Of a stretch of DNA of 64,000 nucleotides, positions 1 to 10,931 are shown one piece after another (within the stretch, counting starts at the first letter, position 1; each line of letters begins with the position of its first letter). Source of the stretch: an uncultured Desulfospira sp. GTDB lineage: Bacteria; Desulfobacterota; Desulfobacteria; Desulfobacterales; Desulfobacteraceae. The notes beneath the pieces are model-generated. The model ran no database searches, had not been told where the DNA came from, and was given only the letters and a program-made list of their open reading frames with translations. The stretch is taken from positions 2,816,001 to 2,880,000 of the forward strand of contig OY760175.1 in NCBI GenBank assembly GCA_963663165.1, written 5' to 3'. Position numbers and translations under genes: made by a program.

Positions 1-20
1 TGCGGTGATTTGTGTTCAGT

Positions 21-67
21 CACAGGGTTTTGGTCAGCACCGAACCGTATCGGACCAAAACCCTGTG
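21..67. terminator. Stem-loop downstream of the flavodoxin gene
   Basis: Inverted arms cacagggttttggtc / gaccaaaaccctgtg just past the minus-strand stop at 80. Confidence 0.5.
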
Positions 68-79
68 TCCGGGCAGCGT

Positions 80-511
80 TTATACCATCCCGGCAATCTG
101 TTTTCCGTAGGCCTGGGCTGCCTCAACCCCGTCTTCAACCCAGGAGGCCTTGATCATCAAGGGGCCTGATGCCATTTCCATGTTATAAATATGCTTCATT
201 GTATCAAATATCCGTTGGTTGGCCTCCCCGCTCCAGCCATAGGCGCCAAAAGCCCCCCCTGGCTTGCCCTGCAACCCGGCCCGTTCAGCCATAAATAAAA
301 CCTGTTTCATTACCGGCAGCATTTCCCCGTGGTAGGTGGGGGAGCCAAAAACATAGGCATCATATCCGGTCAGATCGGTTTCACTGCTGATTTGATCCCC
401 GGTTTTGAGCACAGGCTCGTGGCCTGCCTGGCGAACGCCTTCGGCGATTAATTCAGCAATTCCCTTGGTTTCATTGACTCTGGAAGCATACACAATTAGT
501 ATACGGCTCAT
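80..511 (-). CDS. Flavodoxin-domain protein
   Basis: YASRVNET FMN loop, GSPTYHG and GAYGWSG motifs; GGAG RBS. Confidence 0.9.
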   Translation of the reverse strand: MSRILIVYASRVNETKGIAELIAEGVRQAGHEPVLKTGDQISSETDLTGYDAYVFGSPTYHGEMLPVMKQVLFMAERAGLQGKPGGAFGAYGWSGEANQRIFDTMKHIYNMEMASGPLMIKASWVEDGVEAAQAYGKQIAGMV

Positions 512-632
512 ATTTTCTCCTTTAGATTATTTTTATGAATTGAATTTAGTCGTTTAATTTTATATTATTTGTACAGCAATCGGCAATGGCACAGGGGTTA
601 AACCGACAACCAGAATAAGGTAATATAAATTC

Positions 633-1529
633 ATGACAGAGCCAAGAAAAATAAAACTTTTGCTGGCCTATGACGGGTCTAATCTGGCGGTGGATTCGGT
701 TCAGTATGTGGGACAGGTTTTTCCTAGTGACAGAACGCATGTGGTTATTTTTTATGTAGAAACCAAAATACCCCGGTCTTTCTGGTGCATGGAAAAAGAG
801 CTTGATTTCCGTTTCAAAACACCCGAAATACGGGCCAGCATGGCCCAACGGAAAAAAACCATCAAGATGGCCATGGAAAAGGCAAAAAACCTGCTTTTGG
901 AGTCCGGCTTTCCAGAAGATGCCATTGAAACCCGGGTCCACATCAAAAAGCAGTGCATTGTCAATGATATTATCGAAGAGTCGTACCAGGGATATGACGC
1001 CATCGTCATGGGCCGCAAAGGTAGCAGCCGGCTGAAGGATCTTTTGATCAACAGCCTGCCGGTCAAGCTGTTGGGGAAAATAAAAAATATTCCCCTGATT
1101 GTGGTGGGCAAAAAACCGGACCATAAGAATATTCTGATTGCCTATGACGGGACACTGGCCATTACCAAGGCGGTAAAGTCTTTGAGCAACCTGCTCAGAA
1201 CCCAGGACTGCAAACTGCTGCTGTGCTATGCCCAGCACAACTCCCGCCTGCTGCCGACCCCGAAACAGAAAAAATCCTCTGAAATGTTCACCTTATCGGT
1301 GGATTATCTGCTTGAGGCCGGATTTTCCAAAAATCAGGTGGCCTTTGAGATCATGGAGGGAGAGAAAAATCCCACCCAATGCATTCTCAACAAAGCCCGC
1401 TATGGCGGATACGGCACCATCGTCATTGGCCGCCGCGGATTGTCAACCCTGAAGCGGTTTTTTATGATGCGGGTGGGCAACAGCATTTTCAGAAACGCCG
1501 CCGGCCATGTGGTCTGGGTGGTGCAATAA
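633..1529 (+). CDS. Tandem universal stress protein (two USP domains)
   Basis: Two L(L/I)AYDG starts and IVMGRKG / IVIGRRG motifs. Confidence 0.9.
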   Translation: MTEPRKIKLLLAYDGSNLAVDSVQYVGQVFPSDRTHVVIFYVETKIPRSFWCMEKELDFRFKTPEIRASMAQRKKTIKMAMEKAKNLLLESGFPEDAIETRVHIKKQCIVNDIIEESYQGYDAIVMGRKGSSRLKDLLINSLPVKLLGKIKNIPLIVVGKKPDHKNILIAYDGTLAITKAVKSLSNLLRTQDCKLLLCYAQHNSRLLPTPKQKKSSEMFTLSVDYLLEAGFSKNQVAFEIMEGEKNPTQCILNKARYGGYGTIVIGRRGLSTLKRFFMMRVGNSIFRNAAGHVVWVVQ

Positions 1530-1917
1530 ATGAAGGAGAACGGAAACCGAAAGATTGGATGTGGTAAACCCTTAAAGGGTAAGCATCCGGTCTTTCGGTT
1601 TGTTTTTTATATGCGCTCCATATCTCAGGCCCCTTAGCTGCCCGCAATGACCACTTCGTCCACCCTGTCCAATTTCGTCCGCAAAAAAACTTCCAAGCCC
1701 CCAATAACCCGCCCTATCCCCCCAAACCCCATATTACAATTCTGTTAAATAAAAATTTACTCTATAATTTAGGCTTGATTTAAATGGAAAAATCTGAGAT
1801 GAATGGAGTTTTTAAAAATTCAGGCGTCCCTGTAACGGGCACCTGAGTTGATTTGGGATAGACGGTTGGATTTTCTGCCTATCTGTGGTGATCAGCAAGT
1901 AAGGTATATAAAAATAT

Positions 1918-3288
1918 ATGGGTTTATTCAGGTTAAAGGGATTTCCGGGAACCGGCAATTTCCCTCATGGTGTCCATCCCCGGGATAACAAAGATCTGTC
2001 CGCCAATGAAACCGTTGAGGTGATGGAAACACCAAAAACAGTGACCCTGCCCCTGCTTCAGCATCTCGGGGTGCCCTGCACCCAGACGGTCAAGTTCGGG
2101 GATACGGTCGGATACGGGCAGATGATCGGCAAAGGAGAGGCCTTTGTGTCGGCCTCGCTTCATTCCCCCATTGCCGGAAAAGTCAAAAAAAATACAGTGG
2201 TCACCCTGCCCAACGGCAGGCACCTGGATGCCATTACCATTCAGGCTGAAGGGGATCAGGTCTCCCCTCAAAAACTCTGGGATGAGATGAAGTCCAAGGA
2301 GTGGCCCAGGGACTGCATCTCCATTTATGATCCACTGACCATTGTCAAAGTGATTCATGATTCCGGCGTTGTGGGCTTAGGCGGGGCCGCATTTCCCACC
2401 CACGTCAAGGTAACCCCCAATGACACCCGGATGATTGATACCCTGATGGTGAACGGGTGTGAATGCGAACCCTATCTGACCTGTGATTACCGGCTCATGG
2501 TGGAAGCCCCCCGGGCCATTGTCGCCGGGGCACTGTTAACGGGCCGGGCCGTATCGGCAAGGGAAATTGTCATCTGCGTTGAGGACAACAAACCCGAAGC
2601 CATAAAAAAACTCACAGAGGCTGTGGAACAAACCGTTATCAAAATTGCCGTACTGAAAACCAAATATCCCCAGGGAAGTGAAAAACAGCTGGTGAAGTCC
2701 GTCCTCGGCCTTGAAATTCCCCTGGGCGGCCTGCCCGCCGATGTGGGGGTGGCCATGAGCAACGTGCAGACCATGGCCACTGTAGCCCGGGGCATTATCA
2801 AGGAAACCCCCTTGACCCACCGGGTGATCAGTGTCTCAGGCCGGGGGATCCGCACGCCCAAAAATATCTTTGCCCCCATCGGGGTTTCCATGGGGGAAGT
2901 CATAGACTTATGCGGGGGCCTGACCCCGGACGCCGCACGGATCATTTCCGGCGGCCCCATGATGGGATTTGCATTTTCAGACCTGTCCGCACCGGTGACC
3001 AAAGGAACCTCCGGGCTTACCATCCTCACCCACGATGAGGTGCGAAGAAGTGACGCCCAGACTCATTGTGTCCGGTGCGGCCGCTGCGTGGATGCCTGCC
3101 CCATGAACCTTGTGCCCACACGGCTCGCTTTGGCGGCCCGGTACAAGAACCCTGCCGTGGCCAGCCAGTACCATATACGTGCCTGTGTTGAATGCGGCTG
3201 CTGCACCTATGTGTGCCCGGCCAGAATAAACCTGGTTCAGCTGATCCGCGCGGGCAAGGTCCAGGTGGCGGCCTGGGAAACTCGATAA
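1918..3288 (+). CDS. rnfC: Rnf complex subunit C
   Basis: GVHP start, GLGGAAFPTHVK, NGCECEPYLT, YPQGSEKQL, two ferredoxin CxxCxxCxxxCP motifs. Confidence 0.95.
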   Translation: MGLFRLKGFPGTGNFPHGVHPRDNKDLSANETVEVMETPKTVTLPLLQHLGVPCTQTVKFGDTVGYGQMIGKGEAFVSASLHSPIAGKVKKNTVVTLPNGRHLDAITIQAEGDQVSPQKLWDEMKSKEWPRDCISIYDPLTIVKVIHDSGVVGLGGAAFPTHVKVTPNDTRMIDTLMVNGCECEPYLTCDYRLMVEAPRAIVAGALLTGRAVSAREIVICVEDNKPEAIKKLTEAVEQTVIKIAVLKTKYPQGSEKQLVKSVLGLEIPLGGLPADVGVAMSNVQTMATVARGIIKETPLTHRVISVSGRGIRTPKNIFAPIGVSMGEVIDLCGGLTPDAARIISGGPMMGFAFSDLSAPVTKGTSGLTILTHDEVRRSDAQTHCVRCGRCVDACPMNLVPTRLALAARYKNPAVASQYHIRACVECGCCTYVCPARINLVQLIRAGKVQVAAWETR

Positions 3289-3289
3289 A

Positions 3290-3380
3290 TTAGCTTTTAG
3301 CCATTAGCGGTTAGCTATTCGCTTTTCCATCGGCTAAGCGCTAACAGCTAAAAGCTAATGGCTAAAGGCTAAGCGCTAAC
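3290..3380. repeat. Heptamer-periodic TTAGC/GCTAA inverted repeat block
   Basis: ttagc units followed by gctaa units about every 7 nt; related blocks at 12297-12316, 36090-36153 and 40137-40163. Confidence 0.75.
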
Positions 3381-3396
3381 AAAAAAGGAACAAAAC

Positions 3397-4410
3397 GTGT
3401 CAGACACCAATATACAAATCGACCCGGCTGAACCGCCTGAAAACGAAACCGGGGAAACCCCGGCCATTCATGTGGCCCCCTCCCCCCATATTTCGGAACC
3501 CGGGGTCGGCACCCAGAAAATGATGGTGGATGTCATAATCGGGCTGTCGCCGGCCATGGTGATATCTATTTATTTATTTCGATTTTATGCCGTAAAACAG
3601 ATCCTTGTCTGCGTAATGGCCTGCCTTGCCGCAGAATTTGTGTTTGTGCGCATGCGGGGCCGGGCATTTACCCTAAAGGACTGTTCTGCCGTGGTCACGG
3701 GCATTATCTTAGGCCTTTCCATGCCGGGGTCAGCGCCCTGGTTTGTGGGGGCCTTGGCATCAGTGGTGGGCATCGGGATCGGAAAAATTATCTTTGGCGG
3801 CGTGGGGATGAATATCTTCAACCCGGCCATGGTGGGCCGGGCCTTTGTCATGATTGCCTTTGCCCAGCTCATGGGTGCCGGCTCCTATGAAACCATGACC
3901 GGTCTTGTGGATGCCGTGTCCGGGGCCACCCCGTTAAGCCAGCTGAAATTTAACGGGGCTGCCACGGGGATTGCCTCTTTGTTTACCGGCGTAACCAACG
4001 GGTCCGTGGGAGAGACCAGCGCCGCAGCCTGCCTTGCGGGCGGGCTGTTTCTAGTTTTTAGAAAAACCGCTTCCTGGCAGATTCCGGCGAGCATACTGAT
4101 TACCGTCACCCTCATTGCCGGGATCACGGATGTGGCAGGCTCCCATCACGGCCTGCTTTTGCTGCACCACCTGTTTGCCGGGGCATTGATGTTCGGTGCC
4201 TTTTTCATTGCCACGGACCCCGTAACCTCGCCTTTAACCAACAGGGGAAAATGGATATTCGGCGTGGGAACCGGCTGCCTGATCATGGTGATCCGCCTTT
4301 TTTCCGGATATCCCGAAGGGGTGATGTTTGCCGTTCTGATCATGAATGCCTTAACCCCGCTGATCAACCGCTGGACCATCCCCCAGCCCATGGGACAAAG
4401 GGAGGCCTGA
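3397..4410 (+). CDS. rnfD: Rnf complex subunit D
   Basis: SPHI, NIFNPAMVGRAF, SGATPL FMN site, FIATDPVTSP, YPEGVMFAVL. Confidence 0.95.
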   Translation: MSDTNIQIDPAEPPENETGETPAIHVAPSPHISEPGVGTQKMMVDVIIGLSPAMVISIYLFRFYAVKQILVCVMACLAAEFVFVRMRGRAFTLKDCSAVVTGIILGLSMPGSAPWFVGALASVVGIGIGKIIFGGVGMNIFNPAMVGRAFVMIAFAQLMGAGSYETMTGLVDAVSGATPLSQLKFNGAATGIASLFTGVTNGSVGETSAAACLAGGLFLVFRKTASWQIPASILITVTLIAGITDVAGSHHGLLLLHHLFAGALMFGAFFIATDPVTSPLTNRGKWIFGVGTGCLIMVIRLFSGYPEGVMFAVLIMNALTPLINRWTIPQPMGQREA

Positions 4411-4411
4411 T

Positions 4412-5098
4412 ATGACATCATTTAAAAACAGCAACCTGGCCCAGGCCTGGCTGGTTCTTGTCCTTGCCACAGTGTTCGGCACCGCCCTGGCCGGTATTCA
4501 GGCCAAATTAGGCCCTGTAATCGAAGACAATAAAATCAAGGAAACCCAGGCCAAAATACCCGGGCTGGTCCTGGGCGAAGACGGTGCCGCAGGCCTTGCG
4601 GCCCAAAACCAATCTTTGAAAGTAAAATCCCGGGTCATTGAAGTTAAAAAAGGCGGCACAACCAAATTTTATACCGTATACGATGCATGGATGCCCGACG
4701 GAAACCTGGCCGGCCATGTGGTCAAGGCCGCAGGCCAGGGCTATGCCGATAAAATCGAACTGCTGGTGGGCCTTAATGCCAATGGAGATAAGATCACCGG
4801 GCTTTTTATCCTGGACCAGAAAGAAACCCCGGGCCTTGGGGCCAAAATTCTGGATGATCCCTGGCGGGCCCAGTTCACGGATGCGTCCACCGGCCAGAAC
4901 CTTACGGTAGTCAAAGGGGGCGGCACCGGCCAGGCCAATGAAATTGACGCCATTTCCGGGGCCACCATATCATCGAGAAGCGTGACCGGCATTGTGAACA
5001 CGGCAGTGGCCGATGTAAAGCCCCGGCTTGGGGAAGATCCCGCCGGTTCCCCCCGGGCGGCCAATGAAACAACCGGTAAAGATAAGGAGCGTTCCTGA
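4412..5098 (+). CDS. rnfG: Rnf complex subunit G (FMN-binding)
   Basis: N-terminal TM helix, ETPGLGA, DAISGATISS. Confidence 0.93.
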   Translation: MTSFKNSNLAQAWLVLVLATVFGTALAGIQAKLGPVIEDNKIKETQAKIPGLVLGEDGAAGLAAQNQSLKVKSRVIEVKKGGTTKFYTVYDAWMPDGNLAGHVVKAAGQGYADKIELLVGLNANGDKITGLFILDQKETPGLGAKILDDPWRAQFTDASTGQNLTVVKGGGTGQANEIDAISGATISSRSVTGIVNTAVADVKPRLGEDPAGSPRAANETTGKDKERS

Positions 5099-5715
5099 TG
5101 GCTGAGCAACCCACGGCCTTAGAAAGATTTGTACAGGGGATACTGCCCGAAAACCCGGTGTACCGGCAACTTTTAGGGCTTTGTGCCACCCTGGCCGTTA
5201 CCAACGGCATGAAACCGGCCCTGACCATGTCCGTTTGCGTGGCCTTTGTTCTGGTCTGCGCCAATGTGGTGGTCAGCCTGATCCGAAACCTCTTAAAACC
5301 CCATCTGCGCATCGTTGTCTTTACCCTGACCATTGCCACCTTTGTAACGGTGGCGGACCGGGTTCTGGCCGCTTACATGTTCCAGATGAGCAAAACCCTG
5401 GGGCCCTATATTCCATTAATTATTGTGAACTGCCTGATCATCTGCCGCTGCGAGGTGTGCGCCTCCAAGCAGTCCGTGGTTACGGCAGCCGCCGATGCCT
5501 TAGGACAGTCCATTGGATTCGGCCTGGCCCTGGCCAGCATTGCCGCGGTCAGGGAGATCCTGGGCACCGGCATGCTCATGGGATTCAGGGTATTGCCCGC
5601 AGCCTGGCCCGACTGGGTGATCATGGTGCTGCCGCCCGGGGCCTTCATTACCTTGGGACTGCTGCTGGGCCTGATGAACTGGATTGACCTCAAAAAGGCC
5701 GAGGCAAAAAAATGA
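5098..5715 (+). CDS. rnfE: Rnf complex subunit E
   Basis: ENPV..LGLCATLAVT, YIPLIIVNC, LPPGAF. Confidence 0.95.
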   Translation: MAEQPTALERFVQGILPENPVYRQLLGLCATLAVTNGMKPALTMSVCVAFVLVCANVVVSLIRNLLKPHLRIVVFTLTIATFVTVADRVLAAYMFQMSKTLGPYIPLIIVNCLIICRCEVCASKQSVVTAAADALGQSIGFGLALASIAAVREILGTGMLMGFRVLPAAWPDWVIMVLPPGAFITLGLLLGLMNWIDLKKAEAKK

Positions 5716-5743
5716 AAGATTTACAGAATTTGAGGCATAACTA

Positions 5744-6544
5744 ATGGACTATCTTCTGGATATTTTGCTGATTGCCCTGACGGCGTCAGTGATTAATAAT
5801 TTCATATTTTATTATTTTGTGGGCATCTGCCCCTTTGTGGGCGTGTCCAGAAAAGTGGATATGGCTTTTGGCATGGGGTGTGCCGTTACCTTTGTCATGA
5901 GCATTGCCGCCCTGCTCTCCTGGGGCATCACCATCTTTGTGCTGATTCCCGGGGCCCCGGTATCAACCTTTATTGCGGGCTTTTTCACCACCCCTGAAGC
6001 CGCCGCACAGATTGATCTGACCGTCTTAAGTTATATTGTGTACATCTTTGCCATTGCTTCGTCGGTTCAGTTTGTGGAAATGTATGTCAGAAAATTTTTT
6101 CCGCCCCTTTACCAGTCATTCGGGGTGTTTCTGCCCTTAATCACCACCAACTGCGCCATTCTGTTTGCCTGCCTGACCATCATGAGCCATGTGGCGGGGG
6201 TTGACAATCCCAAGGAGATCTGGGACCTGGGCCGCTCCCTTGCCCTGGCCCTTTTCGGCGGACTGGGATTTACCCTGGCCATTGTGATCATGGCCGGGAT
6301 CAGGGAGGAGCTCGAACTGTGCGACGTCCCCAAACCCTTTGAAGGAGCGGCCATCACCCTGGTCATCGGGGGGATTCTGGCCATTGCCTTTATGGGATTT
6401 ACCGGTGTGGATTCAGGGGTGAAAAACGCGTTAAAACCGCCGGCAAAAGTGGCTCAGGTGATGGATACGGCTCCGGTACCGCCGGAAAGCCTGGCCTTGA
6501 TCAAGGCCCAAACCCCGGCCAGCCGGACGGGGGTGCAGCCATGA
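5744..6544 (+). CDS. rnfA: Rnf complex subunit A
   Basis: [30 protein letters not shown]. Confidence 0.93.
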   Translation: MDYLLDILLIALTASVINNFIFYYFVGICPFVGVSRKVDMAFGMGCAVTFVMSIAALLSWGITIFVLIPGAPVSTFIAGFFTTPEAAAQIDLTVLSYIVYIFAIASSVQFVEMYVRKFFPPLYQSFGVFLPLITTNCAILFACLTIMSHVAGVDNPKEIWDLGRSLALALFGGLGFTLAIVIMAGIREELELCDVPKPFEGAAITLVIGGILAIAFMGFTGVDSGVKNALKPPAKVAQVMDTAPVPPESLALIKAQTPASRTGVQP

Positions 6545-7371
6545 TCATCTCCCTTGGCATTGCCGGTGCCAGCATGCTGGTTATGGCCATCATCTTTTCT
6601 TATATTTTGGGATGGGCCAATAAAAAATTCATGGTTGAGGTAGACCCCAAAATCGAGGCGGTCAGGGATGCCCTTCCCGGTGCCAACTGCGGGGGGTGCG
6701 GCTACCTGGGGTGCAGCGACTATGCCGTGGCCATTGTTGCGGACAATGACCCGGTCAATAAATGCACCGTGGGCGGCGAGGCCTGCGCCAAAGCCGTGGC
6801 CGACATCATGGGCGTGGCGGTTGGCGACATGGTGTCCATGCATGCGGTGGTCCATTGCAGTGCCCCTTTATCCCACCGGTTAGGCCGGACCGAATACCGG
6901 GGAGAACCCCGCTGTTCATCCGCCCACCAGGTGGCCGGGGTTCAGGCATGCACCTTCGGGTGCCTCGGGTATGGCGACTGTGTTCTGGCCTGTAATTACG
7001 ATGCCATCCATATCATCGAGGGTCTGGCCCGGGTGGACTACGACAAGTGTATTGGCTGCGGTGCCTGCACCAAGGTATGCCCGAGACACATCATCTCCAT
7101 TGAAGGATTCAAGGAAAAGACCATGCCCGTGGTGGCCTGTTCCAACAAAGACAAGGCAAAAGATGCCAAGGCCGTATGCCAGAATGCCTGTGTGGCATGC
7201 AAAGCCTGCACCAAGGTGTCGGACCTGTTCACCATTTCAAACAATCTGTCCCAATGCGATCTTGACGGCTATTCAGCCCAGAAATATGAAGAGGTGATGC
7301 AGGCCGTGGAAAAATGCCCCACCGGCTGCATTCATTTCATGGGAGCGGGAAACCTCCCCAAGGAGGAATAA
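6541..7371 (+). CDS. rnfB: Rnf complex subunit B (polyferredoxin)
   Basis: [14 protein letters not shown] plus several Fe-S Cys motifs; last gene of the CDGEAB operon. Confidence 0.95.
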   Translation: MIISLGIAGASMLVMAIIFSYILGWANKKFMVEVDPKIEAVRDALPGANCGGCGYLGCSDYAVAIVADNDPVNKCTVGGEACAKAVADIMGVAVGDMVSMHAVVHCSAPLSHRLGRTEYRGEPRCSSAHQVAGVQACTFGCLGYGDCVLACNYDAIHIIEGLARVDYDKCIGCGACTKVCPRHIISIEGFKEKTMPVVACSNKDKAKDAKAVCQNACVACKACTKVSDLFTISNNLSQCDLDGYSAQKYEEVMQAVEKCPTGCIHFMGAGNLPKEE

Positions 7372-7383
7372 ACCCCTATTTAA

Positions 7384-7474
7384 TGTCTGAACGAAAACCC
7401 GTGTTTGGGCGAAAAGTTGCCCAGATGGAAATTTTTCTGCAACGCAGCAGATGGGTGACTTTTCGTTCAAACAC
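7384..7474 (-). repeat. MITE/REP-like intergenic element, internally shortened copy
   Basis: Reverse complement matches both ends of 41798-41941 (gtgtttgaacgaa..tcacccatctgc..catctgggcaac..caaacacgggttttcg..cagaca). Confidence 0.8.
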
Positions 7475-8817
7475 TATTTATACTCAGCCGGGATAATCCC
7501 GTATTTCTTAATCTTGTAATGGATGGCCCGCTTGCTGATATTGAGCAGGTCTGCCGCTGTTTTCTGGACGCCCCGGGTTTCTTTTAAGGCCCGGATGATG
7601 GTGTTTTTCTCGCTTTTTTCAATGGAAAAATCATCGTGGGTTTCTGCCGTTACAGCGGCCTTTCTGACCGGTTCCAGCTGCAAGTCACCCGGGGTGATGG
7701 TCTGGTTCCGGCACAGGATGGCCCCGGCCTCAAGGGTGTTTTTCAATTCCCGGACATTGCCGGGCCAGGGGTGGGCCTTGAGGATGGCCATGGCCGGGTC
7801 TGAAATCTGTATGGGCTCAATGCCCTGGGCCTTTACATACCTGTCCAGAAAAAATTTTGAAAGCTGAGGGATATCTTCTGTTCTGTCCCGCAGGGGCGGA
7901 ATGGTCACGGCAATTCCCTTGAGCCGGTAATAAAGGTCCTGGCGGAAACCGCCTGTTTCAATGGCTTCCCAGAGATCGGCATTGGTTGCGGCAATGACCC
8001 TGGCATCGACCTTTGTTTCCACCACCGATCCCACCTGGCGGATGGCGCCCTGCTCCAGAAACCGCAACAGGCGGCATTGCATCTCATAAGAAATATTACC
8101 GATCTCATCGAGAAACAGGGTGCCGGTATCCGCCGCCTCAATCAGCCCTTTTTTATCTTTGACCGCATGGGTAAACGCCCCTTTCAGGTGGCCGAACAGC
8201 TCACTTTCCAGAAGACCTGCCGGGGTCGAGCCGCAGTCCACCACCACATAGGGCCGGTCACTGCGGTCCGAGTGCCGGTGGATGTGGGCGGCAATCCGTT
8301 CCTTTCCCACCCCGCTTTCGCCTAAGATCAGCACATTGACCTGGGTTGCAGCCACCTTTTGGATCACCGGATACAGGGCCGCCATGGCCTGGCTTTTGCC
8401 CCAGATAAAATCATCTGTTGATTCTGAAACGGTTTTTACCCTGGCGTCCTTGCCGGATAACACCTGTTTGACCTTTTCCACCAGCAGCTTTCCGTCAAAG
8501 GGCTTGGTCATGTAATCCACGGCCCCGAGCTTCATGGCATCCACGGCATCAGGGATAGTGCCAAAGGCCGTTAAAAAAATGACCGGCAGCCCGGGCAGCT
8601 CCTCACGGATATCCACAAACAGATCCATCCCGTTTTTCCGGGGCATTTTAACATCAGACACCATCAGGTCTAAGGGATGTTCCTTTGCAAGGCGCAGGGC
8701 ACCCGAGGCGCCCGAAGCTTTAAACACCCTGAAGCCTGCCGTTTCCAGCCGGGCTTCAAGCACCTCAAGAATACCGGGGTCATCATCGACAATTAAAATA
8801 TTTTCCCGGGCACTCAT
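7474..8817 (-). CDS. Sigma54-dependent response regulator (NtrC/GlrR-like)
   Basis: Receiver domain, GESGVGKE Walker A, GAFTHA variant loop, WPGNVREL, Fis-type HTH. Confidence 0.93.
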   Translation of the reverse strand: MSARENILIVDDDPGILEVLEARLETAGFRVFKASGASGALRLAKEHPLDLMVSDVKMPRKNGMDLFVDIREELPGLPVIFLTAFGTIPDAVDAMKLGAVDYMTKPFDGKLLVEKVKQVLSGKDARVKTVSESTDDFIWGKSQAMAALYPVIQKVAATQVNVLILGESGVGKERIAAHIHRHSDRSDRPYVVVDCGSTPAGLLESELFGHLKGAFTHAVKDKKGLIEAADTGTLFLDEIGNISYEMQCRLLRFLEQGAIRQVGSVVETKVDARVIAATNADLWEAIETGGFRQDLYYRLKGIAVTIPPLRDRTEDIPQLSKFFLDRYVKAQGIEPIQISDPAMAILKAHPWPGNVRELKNTLEAGAILCRNQTITPGDLQLEPVRKAAVTAETHDDFSIEKSEKNTIIRALKETRGVQKTAADLLNISKRAIHYKIKKYGIIPAEYK

Positions 8818-9350
8818 TGGTTCTTCCTTTTTTCCAGGCGTTCCTGTTCAATGTTTTCCAGAACGGATATCTGATGTTTCAGTGAATCCACCTCTTCCTG
8901 CAATGCGGTTATCTCCTGTTTTAACTGCTTTTGGGCCAGCCGCCCTTTGGCAGCCTGCTCAATCATCTGGCATTCAAGTACTTCCATAAGCCGGATACCA
9001 TTGTCCAGGGCAATAATCAAGGGGTCAGGGGTTTCTTTGCTCAAATCCAGGTCTTCTTCCTGATCCAGAATCTGCCTGGCCTTCTCAAACTGGGCCCTGG
9101 TCTTTGCCAAGGCCATCTGAACACAAGCCCTCAGATAAAACACCGAAGATCTGTCAGCCAAGGGGGACGCCTTAACCGGCTGAAGGACTGGTTCCGGCGT
9201 TGTGGTCCGGCAGCCTGAAACCGGCAGAACAAAAAGGAAGATCAACATCAAAAACAGCACCTGCCGAAACCCTGTTTTAGGACTGGAAAGATAAAATTTC
9301 ATGGGGAAATATTTCCTTTGTATACAGGCAGTGTGAATGTAAAGGTACAC
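8814..9350 (-). CDS. Putative lipoprotein with C-terminal coiled coil (true start probably near 9302 or later)
   Basis: Hydrophobic stretch ending in lipobox-like VSGC; lies between kinase and regulator. Confidence 0.65.
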   Translation of the reverse strand: MYLYIHTACIQRKYFPMKFYLSSPKTGFRQVLFLMLIFLFVLPVSGCRTTTPEPVLQPVKASPLADRSSVFYLRACVQMALAKTRAQFEKARQILDQEEDLDLSKETPDPLIIALDNGIRLMEVLECQMIEQAAKGRLAQKQLKQEITALQEEVDSLKHQISVLENIEQERLEKRKNQ

Positions 9351-10738
9351 CCTTTGCCGGTATTATTTCTCACGCTGATCCGCCCGCCATGGTCCCGGAT
9401 GATCCGCCGGGCAATGTTCAGGCCTAAGCCGACACCGTCAAGGGTTTCTCTGATTTCCTGGGCCCTGTAATATTTTTTAAAAATCAGTTCTTGCTTTTCT
9501 TCGGGAATCCCGGGACCGTCATCACAGATGAAAAAACTTAAAAACTCATTTTGGGGACATGGTTCAAGCCCGGCCTCGACCCGGCCGTTTTCAGGGGCAA
9601 ACTTCAAGGCATTGCCCATGATGTTCAGCAGTACCTGAAGGATCTCCTTTTTTTCCCCCACCACCTTGGGCGGATGGGGTAGCGGCGTATAGGAAAGGGC
9701 CACGGCCCTGAATTCGGCGGCCGGTTCAAGGGCCTGTACCGCCTCTTTGATCAGGGCATCCGGGTCCATGGGTTCGAAAAGCGGCTTTTCATGTTCCGTT
9801 TCAAGCTTGGAGGTGTCCAGCAGATGGTTTAACAGCGTGGTCAGCCGGGAGATTTCCCTGGCCGCAATCTTTAAAAACTTTTGCTGTTTGGGATTCACCG
9901 GCCCCAAAACCCCTTCAACGATCATGTTCACCGACTCCCTCACCGAGGACAGGGGGGTCCTGATTTCATGGCTTAAGCTGGCAATAAAGTCCGAGCGTAT
10001 TTCCTCATCGGCTTTGAGCTGGCGGTTCATCTCGTTAAAGGCCCGGGCTAAGTCCTCAAACTCATCGTTGGTGGCAATGTGGATCTGGTGGGAATAATTG
10101 TCCCGGGACACCTTTCCAAACCCTGTCTTGAGCTTGTTTAAAGGGGAAATCATGGACCTTGAAATAAACAGAACCCCGAGAAGGCCCACAATAATGGAGA
10201 TGCCAAAGCCAATGGTGCCGTTTTTCACAATGGCCCGGGTCTGTTCATTGATATTCAGAAGAGCCTGCTCAATGTGTCTTTCATTGTCCTGCCTTGCCCG
10301 GCTGATATCCCTTATCCAGCCGGAAATCTGCTCTTCTGAAGCCCAGGATTTTTCTTCATCCAGAAAAAAGGCTTGGCTGTGGGAGCGGGCGAATTCGGCA
10401 TAGGTGGCGCTGATGTTTTGCCAGATGCCATGGTCCCGGGGGACCAGGTTTAAAATCCGGTTCAGGTCCCGGTTGTATGCCAGTCTTGCCGTTTCAAATC
10501 CCTCAAAATAGAGTTGTTTTTTGAGCAGCCTGAACTTTTTTTCATTGGCATCCATTTCAACCAGGTTGTCCAGAAGATTCTTTGACAGGGAGGCAATATG
10601 GTTGTTGACACTGACAATTCCGGCTGAAATGGCGGACATCTGCCTGACTTTAATGAAAAGCCCCACCACCGTGCCGTAAAAAATCAGGACAAAGCAAAAA
10701 ATAAAGATCAGCAGTTTTGTGGAAATCCCAAGTCTCAT
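9299..10738 (-). CDS. HAMP-domain sensor histidine kinase
   Basis: Two TM helices, HAMP, SHEIRTPL H-box, N/G1/F/G2 boxes. Confidence 0.95.
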   Translation of the reverse strand: MRLGISTKLLIFIFCFVLIFYGTVVGLFIKVRQMSAISAGIVSVNNHIASLSKNLLDNLVEMDANEKKFRLLKKQLYFEGFETARLAYNRDLNRILNLVPRDHGIWQNISATYAEFARSHSQAFFLDEEKSWASEEQISGWIRDISRARQDNERHIEQALLNINEQTRAIVKNGTIGFGISIIVGLLGVLFISRSMISPLNKLKTGFGKVSRDNYSHQIHIATNDEFEDLARAFNEMNRQLKADEEIRSDFIASLSHEIRTPLSSVRESVNMIVEGVLGPVNPKQQKFLKIAAREISRLTTLLNHLLDTSKLETEHEKPLFEPMDPDALIKEAVQALEPAAEFRAVALSYTPLPHPPKVVGEKKEILQVLLNIMGNALKFAPENGRVEAGLEPCPQNEFLSFFICDDGPGIPEEKQELIFKKYYRAQEIRETLDGVGLGLNIARRIIRDHGGRISVRNNTGKGCTFTFTLPVYKGNISP

Positions 10739-10840
10739 GATGAGAATCTCAGCCCGGATATTTAAAAGAAGGTTTTCTGCTTCATATGAACGGCATCATA
10801 GAAGCCATAGGAACAGAAGTCAAGTCCGGGGAAAGGGGAT

Positions 10841-10931
10841 TAGACTGAAGGGGTTTAGACTGAAGGGATGCGCAACCCTGAACCCCTTCAGCCTGCCCAC
10901 CTTCAGCCTTCAGTCTATAAACCTTCAGCCT
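10841..10931. repeat. CTGAAG/CTTCAG periodic inverted repeat
   Basis: ttagactgaaggg twice, then several ccttcagcct/cttcagtcta units; related hairpin at 17043-17085. Confidence 0.7.
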
